From: Chiloscyllium plagiosum | Lineage: Eukaryota | Direction: 5' to 3' | Length of the DNA stretch: 60,458 nucleotides | NCBI RefSeq assembly: GCF_004010195.1 | Contig: NC_057718.1 | Coordinates: forward strand, 24,734,159 to 24,794,616 | Shown: positions 49,411 to 59,659 of the stretch, piece by piece | How positions within the stretch are numbered: the stretch's first letter is position 1 | Layout of the letters: the number at the start of each line of letters is the position of its first letter | The notes under the pieces: generated by a model | The model's database searches: none | The model's input: the letters and a program-made list of their open reading frames with translations, nothing else | Told to the model about the DNA's origin: nothing | Position numbers and translations under genes: made by a program

Positions 49411-51069
49411 GTCATTGCCTCCCTGTTGATTGAGAATCTATTGTAATTGGACAAAAAATGCCTGCATTCCAGGCCTTTCATTCAAACACAGAACATGTGG
49501 TAAAGTGGGAGATTTTTTACACCTCTGGATGAACCTTTACTGAGTTAAACTGTTAGCTCTATATTGAATGACAATGTAAGATCCTTACAATCACAAAAGC
49601 TTTGATAGCAGCTGTGTCCCTGCAAATGAGTTAACTATCACCTTCTCACATTTATTCCTTTGCCATTCATGCTGTGTGCTTTGCGCGACAGGATTAATAT
49701 CTCACAATTATTTACACTTGCATCCCCTGCACAAAACCTTGAATTGGTCTGTTAATAACCTAGCAAGATCAATTTCAATTTGCATCACTGCTGTACTGCA
49801 GGGGGCAGGCTGATAACCCACAGTGGATTGACAGATTGATAAGGAGAAGACAGGAAAAATACATAAATCCAAACAGGGCAAATAGGGGAAAATACAGCAC
49901 AAATTAAAATTTTTGTTTATAAGACCAGGTCTGGAATCCTTAACTGGAATCCTTAAGTCTGTACTGTGCAAATATTGCCTGTATTTCAGCTGTCTACCAA
50001 GTACATTTAACTGAGAGAGATTATTTCATTTGATATAAATAGTGCTACATTTGTTGCAATAAAGCCAGAGAAAATGCAAATAATTTAATCTTTTCTGTTT
50101 ATGTAAAGGAAATTTAAGCTTCTTCCTTGTCATATTATGCTGAATCATTTGCTTGCCTTTATCACTGTATTCCAGATTGAGCGTGAAATATCACTATCAG
50201 TAATTGTGCCTAAAAAAAACTTGTAGGCACACATTTTCTTTTAAAATAATTTCTGAAATAAATAGGACTGATGTGTACAGAATTTCATAAATAATGTAGT
50301 TTGAAATATGCAGAGGCACACATTCTAATCCCAGTTAAATCTCTCAAAATTCCTCCTTGTGGGGAGGTTGAAGCCTACGCATGATAAATATAAAATAATC
50401 ACTAATAAATTCTATAAAGAACTTAGGAGAAACTTCTTCACTCAGAAATGTTAGAATGTGGAACTTGCATGGAGAAAGTGAAGTGAATAATGAGGCTTTA
50501 TTTCAAGGAAAGCTATGCGAACATATAAAGAAGAAAAGGATAGAAGATCACGCAGGTGGGATGAAATGCAATAGGATGGACAATCAGTTGAATGGAACAT
50601 AAAGAGCATCTAGACTGATAAGGTTTCTTTCTAAGTAACTATCAAATTCAGATTTTAAACAACAAGTTTCTATTCTGCTTCAATCCTGGTTAATTAAAGC
50701 AAGTTCAACATTTTAACTGCCCTTTATGATTCAGTATGTACCCAATTTTAGATCCTCCTATTGTTATGAATGTAACACTTCCAGTGTTAACATCTTACAA
50801 TGTTTGCCCTCCTGCCCACATTTCTTTGGAAACTTAATACACTTGCCACTCTCTAGTGCTCTGGAATAATTTCCCGTAATACCAAATATATGGTCAGGAT
50901 CTTTGCTATTTCTTTCCTCGATTCACCCAATTCTTCAAACATAAGACATTAAGTCCCACAGTTTGAACAACTTCAACATTACCTCTCCTTGGATAGTAGT
51001 CTCCAATGTTTGCTCCACAGGACCTCCACAAATTCTACAGTTCTAATGCTCACTTATTCCAGAAAACTC

Positions 51070-51270
51070 GGGGGTTGCTTTAGTTCAGTTGGCTGGATAG
51101 CTGATGCAGGGTGATAGTAATAGTGTGGGATCAATTCTTGCATGGGCTGAGGTTACCATGAAGGACTCTCCTTTTTGACCTTTCCCCTCAACCTGAGGCA
51201 TAGTGACCCTCAGATTAAACCATCTCTCTCTCTCTCTCTTGCTAATGATCTGGTGAGGTTATGGTGCCTT
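51070..51270 (+). mobile_element. SINE family D
   Basis: Similar to 13756-13960 and 29745-29940. Confidence 0.6.
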
Positions 51271-51337
51271 ATTCCATGAAAACTGAAACAAAGTAATTGT
51301 TTAGCATCTCAGTATTTCCTCACTCTCCAAGACAAAC

Positions 51338-52066
51338 TTAGAGATGAAGAGATGTACAGCATGGAAACAGACCCTTCGGTCCAACTTGTCCATGCTGACC
51401 ACATATCCTAAACTAATGTTGTTCCCATTTGTCAGCATTTGGCCCAAATCCCACTAAAGCCTTCCTATTCATACACCCATCCAGATGCTTCTTAAATATT
51501 GTTATTGTACCAGCCTCCACCAATCCCTCTGGCAGCTCATTCCATACTTGCACCACCCTCTGCATGAAAAAGTTGTCCCTTAGATCCTTTTTATATCTCT
51601 CCCCTTTCACTTTAAACTTACGGCCTCTAGCTTTGGACTCCTCTAACCTCAGAAAAGACCTCAGCTTTTCACCCTATCCACGTCCCTTGTGATTTTACAA
51701 ACCTCTATAAAGTCACCCTTTAGCCTCGGATGCTCCAGGGAAAATAGCCCCAGCCTATTCAGCCTCTCCCTATAGCTCAAACCCTCCAAACCTGGCAACA
51801 TCCTTATAGATCTTTTCTGTACCTTTTCAACATCTTTCTTGTAGCAGGGAAAGCAGAACTGAATTAGTATTCAAAATATAACCTAACCAATGTCCTGTAC
51901 AGTCGCAACATGACCTTCTAACTCCAATACTCAAAGCACTGACCAATAAAGGCAGGCAGACCAAATAATTTCTTCACTACCTTGTCTATCTGCAACATTC
52001 AAGGAACTATGAACCTGCACCACAAGGTCTCTTTGTTTGGCAATTCCCCAGGACTATCATTAAGCT
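51338..52066 (-). mobile_element. HER1/CR1 LINE 3' fragment
   Basis: GERYKKDLRDNFFMQRVVQVWNELP; CR1 tail. Confidence 0.9.
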
Positions 52067-52444
52067 CTTCATCTCTTAATTGTTCCACATTTATTTTTAG
52101 TAATATCTCACTGTTCCTTTTATAACTTTCCTGAATTCATTGTATCTGTGCTAGCGTCCGATTTGAGTAGGTCTTTGCTTGATCAAACAAGCCTTGAATC
52201 ATGTAATTTTTGGTAAGCTGAGTTTTAGAGGTTGGAAATGAACCATGACACTTTGAGGCTTTAAAGGTGGATTATAGAATCAACCATTTCCAAAGCTAAT
52301 TCAGCTAGTGAAAATCTACTGTTTGATATTGAAAACATCAACACCAGAAATGCATCAATATTGCAGTTACACCACTTAAGAACTGGGAATTGAGACCTCA
52401 CCAATAATCTAAAAAAAGTCTAACATTACAAAATGCTTTATAAA

Positions 52445-52855
52445 CAAGCACTTCTTGGTTGCAGTAAGCACAAAGCAGGGACCCCTGGTTTCAGTAGGCC
52501 CAATGCTGGGACACCTGGTTGCAATAGGCCCAAAGCATGGACTCCTGGCTGCAGTAGGCCCAAAGCAGGGACTCCTGGTTGCAGTGGGCCCAAAGCAGGG
52601 ACTCCTGGTTGCAGTGGGCCCAAAGCAGGGACTCCTGGTTGCAGTGGGCCCAAAGCAGTGACTCCTGGTTGCAGTGGGCCCAAAGCAGTGACTCCTGGTT
52701 GCAGTGGGCCCAAAGCAGGGGCTCCTGGTTGCAGTAGGCCCAAAGCAGGGGCTCCTGTTGCAGTAGGCCCAATGCAGGGACGTCTGGTTATGGTGGGCCC
52801 AATGCAGGGACTTTCAGTAGCAGTGGGCCCAATTCAGGAACTCCTAGCAGTGGCT
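52445..52855. repeat. 30-bp minisatellite (GGACTCCTGGTTGCAGTRGGCCCAAAGCAG), ~13 units
   Basis: Central units near-identical, edge units diverged; generates repetitive ORFs on both strands. Confidence 0.95.
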
Positions 52856-54074
52856 GCAGCGGCGGCATCGTGGTTTGCCTGGAGCCAGGACTCCTGCCGT
52901 CACTGAGGTGGTAGCGGAGCTGGGGACTCCTGGTTGTGGGGTTAATGTAGATTCAGGATGGGACATGGCATCAGCGTCATCGTTGGTGAGGTGAGTCAGG
53001 CGGAGATACAGTGCCGATGGAGTGGCGACTCCTATGTTGGTGGATCCAGTGCAAGCAGTGGAGGAGGGTGGCAGTGCCTGTGTCACTGGTGAGCCGGCTC
53101 AGGGCTCTCTTTCGCTTACACCTTTTTATCCTTTTTATTCTGAAACCATTCAAAATGGTGTCAGAGTGGGATGACTGTTGAAGCTTTTTGCTGTATTCTA
53201 CTGTATAATTTGCTGTAAAACGCAAGTGACAATAAACAAATCATTCATTCAGTTGCTAAAAGAACTGACCAGGATGGCACAGATCTCTTTTAAAGGAAAT
53301 TGCTCAAATTTTCCTTCATCCATGAAAGAGCTGAGGGTGATGTATATTCATTGTTGAAGTAAAGATGTTGCAATGGGATAGTACTAATACATGCAGACAA
53401 ATGTGTAAATGGTTGTATTAAACTGCTCCTGCAAGATAATCATTTCAAGTTATGGATTTAGTGTTGAAATGTGTGCCGTTGTGATAACATATCATGTAAC
53501 CATCTTCCTGAAGTTCAAGCTTAAAGGGTTGAATCAATTCATGTAAAAGCCTTGAAGATAAGTGCTACAGTAAGCTGACCTCAATTAATTCCCAAGTCTC
53601 CCTTTTTGCTGCATTCCTTGTAAAGTCAGGCATACAAACAGTCCCTTGAATGTCTTTGGATATTTCTGATGTCCTCATTTTCAAGATAGAGGGCTCGAAA
53701 ATGATGAGTTTCAATGCAACTAATGTTCAAGTTTTATTTTACTCCAAGCAAGAAACAGTAAAATAATTTAGAATTAAAAATTAATTTAAACTCAATTTTA
53801 TCACGTTAATAACTTATTAACCATAGTAATAGACATAGCGCAAGATGGCTTAAAATGGCTTGGGAGATTTTCAACTTGTTACTCGTGCCCTGAAATTGAC
53901 TCCCAGCCTACCCCCAGGGAATCATGTCACTGCACAGGAGACAAAACTGAAGAGGGAGAAATGAGGCTAGAGGCAGGTGACAAAGGAAATGGTCACCATT
54001 AAATTAAGTGTGAGTCTGCCAGATGTGGCTCAGTTTGTCAGGAAAAGTATCATTTGTAGGACTGCAGTGAAAAC

Positions 54075-54126
54075 GTATGGCCTGTTTCCATACTGTAGGG
54101 AATCTAATCTAATCTAATCTAATCTA
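54075..54126 (+). mobile_element. HE1 SINE / HER1 3' terminal stub with (AATCT)n
   Basis: GGCCTGTTTCCATACTGTAGGG followed by AATCT repeats. Confidence 0.75.
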
Positions 54127-54144
54127 AGTAAATTGATCCTTTAA

Positions 54145-55100
54145 AGAGCCAGCACAGAAGGGTCATCTTGTCCATGCCAACTCAAAGACACCCAGAGTTC
54201 CTTTCTAATCCCATCTTCTTGCATACACCCCATAGTCTTGCAGCTTAAAGTACTTAAGGATGGGACATGGCATCAGCGTACTTTTTAAAGAAAGTTTTGG
54301 GTCTCTACCTCCACCACCAACTCAGACAGTGAATTCCAGACACCCACCACCCTCTGTTAAAAAGTTTTTACATCTAATCCTTCTGCTACTTAGCTTGAAT
54401 CTATGACACCTGGTTTTTGAAATCTCTACTAATTGAAACAGGCTTCTCCTGTCTACTGTACTTCCACCACTAATAATTTTGTACACCTAATCATGTCACC
54501 CCTCAGTCTTCTCTATTCCAAGGAAATCAACACCAACCTCTCCAATCACTCCTTGGAGCTACAATTCTCTAGCCCTGGCAACATTTTAGTGAATCTTCTC
54601 CTAAGCAATTACATCCTTGCTGTAATATGGTGACCAGGGGCAGCACAATGGCTCAGTGGTTAGCACTGCTGCCTCACAGTGCTGGGGACTTGGGTTCAAT
54701 TCCAACCTCAGGCAAGTGTCTGTGTGGAGTTCTCCCTGTGTCTGAGTGGGTTTCTGCTGGATGCTCTGGTTTCCTCCCACGGTCCAAAAACGTGCAGGTT
54801 AGGTGAATTGGCCATGCTAAATTGCCCATAGTGTTAGGTGAAGGGGTAAATGTAGGGGAATGGATCTGAGTGGGTTGCACTTTGGCGGGTCGGTGTGGAC
54901 TTGTTGGACTGAAGGGCCTGTTTCCACACTGTAAGTAATCTAATCTACATCAGTTGTGGCCTCACCAGTGTCTTATACAAGTTATGCCTACTTTTGTATT
55001 CTGTACCTCTGTCAATGAAGGAGACCTTGGTAAGGTGCCTTCTTACCACCTTATCAAGCTATACGACTACCTTTACAGATCTGTGCATAGACACAACAGG
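54145..55100 (-). mobile_element. Old CR1 3' fragment interrupted by a SINE
   Basis: CR1-like text (GTCACCCCTCAGTCTTCTC...CCTGGCAACAT) continues across the SINE. Confidence 0.65.
54637..54947 (+). mobile_element. HE1-type SINE
   Basis: Full length, AATCTAATCT tail. Confidence 0.92.
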
Positions 55101-55139
55101 AAAAATAACCTGCTTTTGTGCTGTACGTACCCTGTAATT

Positions 55140-55545
55140 CTGCGGTCGAACTCTCACCTGAGTCACAACATTCAGGTTTCAATCCTAGCCCTGGCTTGAG
55201 CACAAAGAGGAACATTGACATTCCACTGCAGGGAGTGGAGGAGGGGGCTACACTGTCAGAGATGCCTTCTTTCAGATAAGAAGGTAGAATGAGGCCCCAT
55301 CATTCTCCCAGGTGAAATGTCAAAGTTTTCATGGCATCAGTTTAAAGAAGATCAGGAGAGATATTTCTGGCCAATACTTATCGCTCAATCTATATCACAA
55401 AAACAGATTGTCTGAGAGGACCACATTGCTATTCATGGGACTTCTCAGTCGCTGTCTTTGATACACTGCAACAGTAGCTACATTTCAAAAATTATTTCAT
55501 TGAGTTGTATAAAGTGATGTTTAATAGCAAGTCTTTTTTTTTTAC
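55140..55545 (+). mobile_element. Old DeuSINE-like (SacSINE1-type) element
   Basis: tRNA-like head, then CACTGTCAGAGATGCC..TTTCAGATAAGA...GAGGCCCC...CATGGCA...GAAGA...TGGCCAATA...AAACAGATT; my recollection of the Deu-domain layout, not a database match. Confidence 0.55.
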
Positions 55546-55574
55546 AAGTATTAGGCTAGCAAGGTCACTATTGG

Positions 55575-55862
55575 TATGGCACAGTGGCTTAGTTAGCACT
55601 GCTGCCTCACTGTGCCAGGGATCCAGGTTCGATTTCACCCTCGGGTAACTGTCTGTGTGGAGTTTGCATATTCTTCCCATGTCTGTGTGGGTTTCCTCCC
55701 ACAGTCCAAAGATGTGTAGGTTAGGTGGATTGGCCATGCTAAATTGCCCATAGTGTTCAGGGATATGTGGGTTAGCTACGGGTAATGTGGGGTAAGTCTG
55801 AGGTGGGATGCTTTTCAGGGGGTCTGAATGGCCTACCTCCACACTATAGAGATTCTATGATT
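55575..55862 (+). mobile_element. HE1-type SINE
   Basis: Head and core plus ATTCTATGATT tail. Confidence 0.88.
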
Positions 55863-56455
55863 CCAGGACAGTACAACCGCCCAAGATAACCTATGGGCCA
55901 GGTGAAACTCTTGTCTCAACGATCTTTACTGCTGTCAGCTTTTATTGAAGCAATAGAGACTGCACACGCCCTGTTGGTTACAATAACTTCTGTATCCCAA
56001 TGGTGGCATAAAGAAGTAATTTTGACTGTGAAATTTGTAGCCACTCTGTAGCTCCTCTGAATCAAGCAATCTTCCTGTGACTAACTTCAGGCAAGTTAAG
56101 ATACTTTGGGCAGGTGAGGAGATGCATCGGGAACACGGCACAAGGTTCCACCACATTTTAACTCCCTATCCATGCCACCCACATTAGCCAAGGGAGTTCA
56201 AGTTAACCCTGATAGTTGGTAAAAAAAAGATAAATTGGAAAATTGCAGCTGGATGTTTTCAGCAGTAATGCAAAATTACTAAGTTGGCCTCAGTGAAAAC
56301 AAAATAATACCTCCTAAACAACTCTTTCCAACTGACTTCACTTATTATCTGTCTTTACCTATCCTGTTACTTCCCTATTTTTTTCTACCTTTAAAAAACA
56401 GCCTTAAGACCACTTGTCTCACTTCCTTTTGGGTCAACCAAGCATTTTCATGCAT

Positions 56456-56582
56456 CTGATGAAGGGCTTATGCCCGAAACGTCGAATTTCCTGCTCCTCG
56501 GATGCTGCCTGACCTGCTGTGCTTTTCCAGCACCACACTCCCTCGACTCTGATCTCTAGCATCTGCAGTCCTCACTTTTTCT
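56456..56582 (+). mobile_element. Solo PLE family-A pLTR starting at the hammerhead core, 14-bp TSD
   Basis: TSD ATTTTCATGCATCT at 56444-56457 and 56583-56596; begins CTGATGA-A-GGGC-TTAT-GCCC-GAAA-CG-TC-GAAT. Confidence 0.9.
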
Positions 56583-57513
56583 ATTTTCATGCATCTATTT
56601 GTGAAGTGCATTGTTAAAAATTTCCTATGTTGTGTAACATTTGTGCAAGCTGTGGACTGTGAATTGAAGTGTCACCATAGGCACTGTAGCTTTAAAACTA
56701 TTCCTGTCTCCTGTTTTGCTGATAAATGCAAAGATTCAGCTAATGTTAATTGCATCGCCCATACTGCGGCATTAATGAGCAGAATGGCGCCATGCAGCTG
56801 TTAAAACCATTAAAGCTGCATGACTCTCTCTCTCTTTAATTTCAGGAGCATGCCGTAAAATAATGAGCTCCCAAAGGGAGGAAAAACACAATGGTGTTGT
56901 ATTTGTGCATTGATTGATCAGACATGTGCCAGTTAAATGGAAGAAAGCATAAGTTTCTATGAGAAAGCTGATTAAAAAGGAGGTAATATTTTTGACATGT
57001 CAGGTGTTAAGGCACTTCAGGTAGTCTCCCTGAAGCAGTCACTGCAAAACTTGTACTTCACTATTTTCAGCTCCAACTGATTTTGTCTTGTCGCCAGGGG
57101 TAACTGAAGTCAACCATTCAGATTCAAAATTTAAATTGTTTTTATTGAGCACATTAACAAGCAGAAATAGTAGAGTAATGGTGAACCGGTAGTGACTGGA
57201 ACAGAAAACGATAACCAAACTACCTGACACGTAAGACCATACTACAGCTTTTGTGTAGATTTCCCTGAAAGAGTGTTATGGCTTTGCGATTATAAAACAG
57301 TTGTCTTCATACTCGCTGAAGTCACATTCAGCTGACCTTGCCAGATTTGATGAGTGCAGCCTAATTAATTATGCATCACGAGCTCTCAGCCTGTATTGGT
57401 TCAGTCAGCATGAGCTTCCTGGCAACTCTTAAAGGTTACAATTGCTATTTAAATGGACAATTTAATTCTTCCTGGACACAGAGCTTGTACTGGCTTGATA
57501 AGGATGCAGAGCA

Positions 57514-57640
57514 ACTAAGAGATAGTGAGGACTGCAGATGCTGGAGAAGTCAGAGTCAATAAAGTGTGGTGCTGGAAAAAGCACAGCAGGTCATGCAGAG
57601 CAAGAGAGTTGATGTTTCAGGCATAACCCTTCATCAGGAC
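57514..57640 (-). mobile_element. Solo PLE pLTR (family-A variant), candidate 9-bp TSD
   Basis: TGCAGAGCA at 57505-57513 and 57641-57649; minus-strand CTGATGAAGGGTTATGCCTGAAACATC. Confidence 0.75.
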
Positions 57641-57661
57641 TGCAGAGCATCTTGCTTTGCT

Positions 57662-59043
57662 GGGTATTTGGTTCGGAGGGGGGGGCTGGGGCTGGGGCTG
57701 GGGCTGGGGCTGGGGCGTGTGCCAAGTCTTGGGAGGAGCGTATCAGCAAAGTGAGGCAGAAACTGGGCAGATGGAAACTATGGTCGCTCTCCATCGCGGG
57801 AAAAAACCTGGTCATCAGGTGTGAGGCACTGTCATTGCTGTTATACGTGGCACAGGTCTGGCCTATTCCCAGAACCTGTGCCGCTACAGTCACCCGAGCC
57901 ACCTTCCAATTTATATGGAGGTCAAAGATGGACCGGGTCCGAAGGGACTCGCTGTACAAAGATCTGGGCAACGGGGGAAAAAAATTCCCCCAATGCCACC
58001 CTGACCCTGATGGCCACCTTTGTGTGTGGCTGCATCAAGCTGTGCGTGGATCCCCAGAACGCAAACACCAAGTAACACTACGTACTGAGGTTCTACCTGT
58101 CCCCGGTGTTGCGAAGGATGGGCCTGGACTCGCTGCCGCGAAACGCTCCGAGTAGTTGGACCGTTCCGTATCACCTGTCCTTCGTGGAGAAGTTTATGAA
58201 GAAAAACATCTTTGACCACAAGTCCATCAGGAAGTGGTCAGCACGTAGTGTCCTTGAGACCCTTCGGGAAAAGGAGAGGGCGGATCCTAACGAGCGGTTC
58301 CCTGAGCAGACTGTCAAAGCCATTTGGCAGAATGCCTCATCGCCAGAACTTTCCAACAAGCACCAAGACTTGGCTTGGCTGGTGGTGAGAAGGGCTCTGC
58401 CTGTGAGATCCTTTATGCACGCCCGGACTCTCAGCCGCACCGCATGCTACCCTCGAAGCGGCTGCGGGGGGGAACGAGACTGTCACACACCTCCTTCTGG
58501 AATGTGCCTACGCAGAAGAAGTCTGGAGAGGAATGCAGTGATGTTTGTCGAGGTTCGTCCCAAGCAGCGCCGTGATGCGGGACTCCGTGCTCTACGGTCT
58601 GTTCCCCGGGACGCACACCGAGACGAACATCAACTGTGCCTGGGGGATCATCAACTCGGTGAAGGATGCTCTCTGGGCGGTCCGAAACCTGCTGATCTTC
58701 CAGCTGAAGGAGGTGACCCCGACTGAGTGTTGCAGACTGGCACATTCCAAGGTCCAGGACTACGTGTTGAGGGACGCGCTGAAGCTTGGGGCAGCTGCCG
58801 CCAAGGCGCGGTGGGAAAAGACCATCGTGTAACATCTGCCTGCCTAAGGAGAACAGGGGACCCATGGGCTCTGCTGACACCTCAGCTAAATAGATGGACA
58901 TACGATTGATAAATGTACAGACCTGTATATAAAAATAATAAAATCTGATCTCTGTATGTAAATGTTTACGTATGTATGGCATGACCAACTGTACAGACCA
59001 TCAAATTATTTTATGAATAAAGTATATTTTTGAAATAAAAAAA
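57662..59043 (+). mobile_element. Tx1/L1-group LINE, 5'-truncated, with AATAAA, poly(A) and 13-bp TSD
   Basis: LGIWFG...SWEERISKVRQKLGRWKLWSLSIAGKNLVIR, DLAWLVVRRALPV, ETVTHLLLEC (zf-RVT-type region); TSD ATCTTGCTTTGCT at 57649-57661 and 59044-59056; frameshifts and stops. Confidence 0.9.
57682..57716 (+). repeat. (GGGGCT)5+ hexamer run inside the Tx1 ORF2
   Basis: Direct reading; in-frame Gly-Ala repeat. Confidence 0.9.
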
Positions 59044-59659
59044 ATCTTGCTTTGCTAATTTTCCCATCCTGGGGCATGAACCAAAATCCTTGGGATGACG
59101 TAGCACAGATACGATATGGAGTTCAGGAAAAACGTGAGACCAGAATGAAAAGCAAAGTTAAGGTTAGCTAATATTTCCCTGTACCTGGTAAAATGGGCAA
59201 ATAAGGCATGCCTGAAATAATTCCCTTCCACTCCATCAAACTGCAGTTTGATTTCATGTTAAATCGGGTATTTCCTTACTTCACATGAATACCCACTGTT
59301 TATTACTAATATTTACCCGGAACGCCTTATTCACTGAAATTTGAAAAGCAAACCCCAACAACAAACTTTATAAAATAACTTATCTTCATGATAAATAATC
59401 ATATACTCATGCAAAAGTTAAGAAGGAGATTCTTCACGTTTTGATTCTAATTCTTTCTGCAATCCATAGTCTCCCAAAACTTCAAAACAATGACTCTGCA
59501 TGCAGGAGAAATTGGAGCAATAGAAGAGGAGACAAATTCAAAATGGAGTCAGTTTGAATAAGTCACATTGAACATCATGGCTACAGAGACGGGAAATGAC
59601 AGCTGAAGTGGGAGGCCTTCCTGAACTTCATAACTGGTGTTATCCTGAGAACATAGAAC

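Noticed and set aside
52433..52906. 157-aa repetitive protein (AGTPGCSGPK)n
   Set aside because: Product of a stop-free 30-bp minisatellite; no splice or other gene evidence
56847..57230. Plus-strand AG..GT exon candidates (~56847-56982 and 57071-57230)
   Set aside because: Stops in all three frames; no recognisable protein
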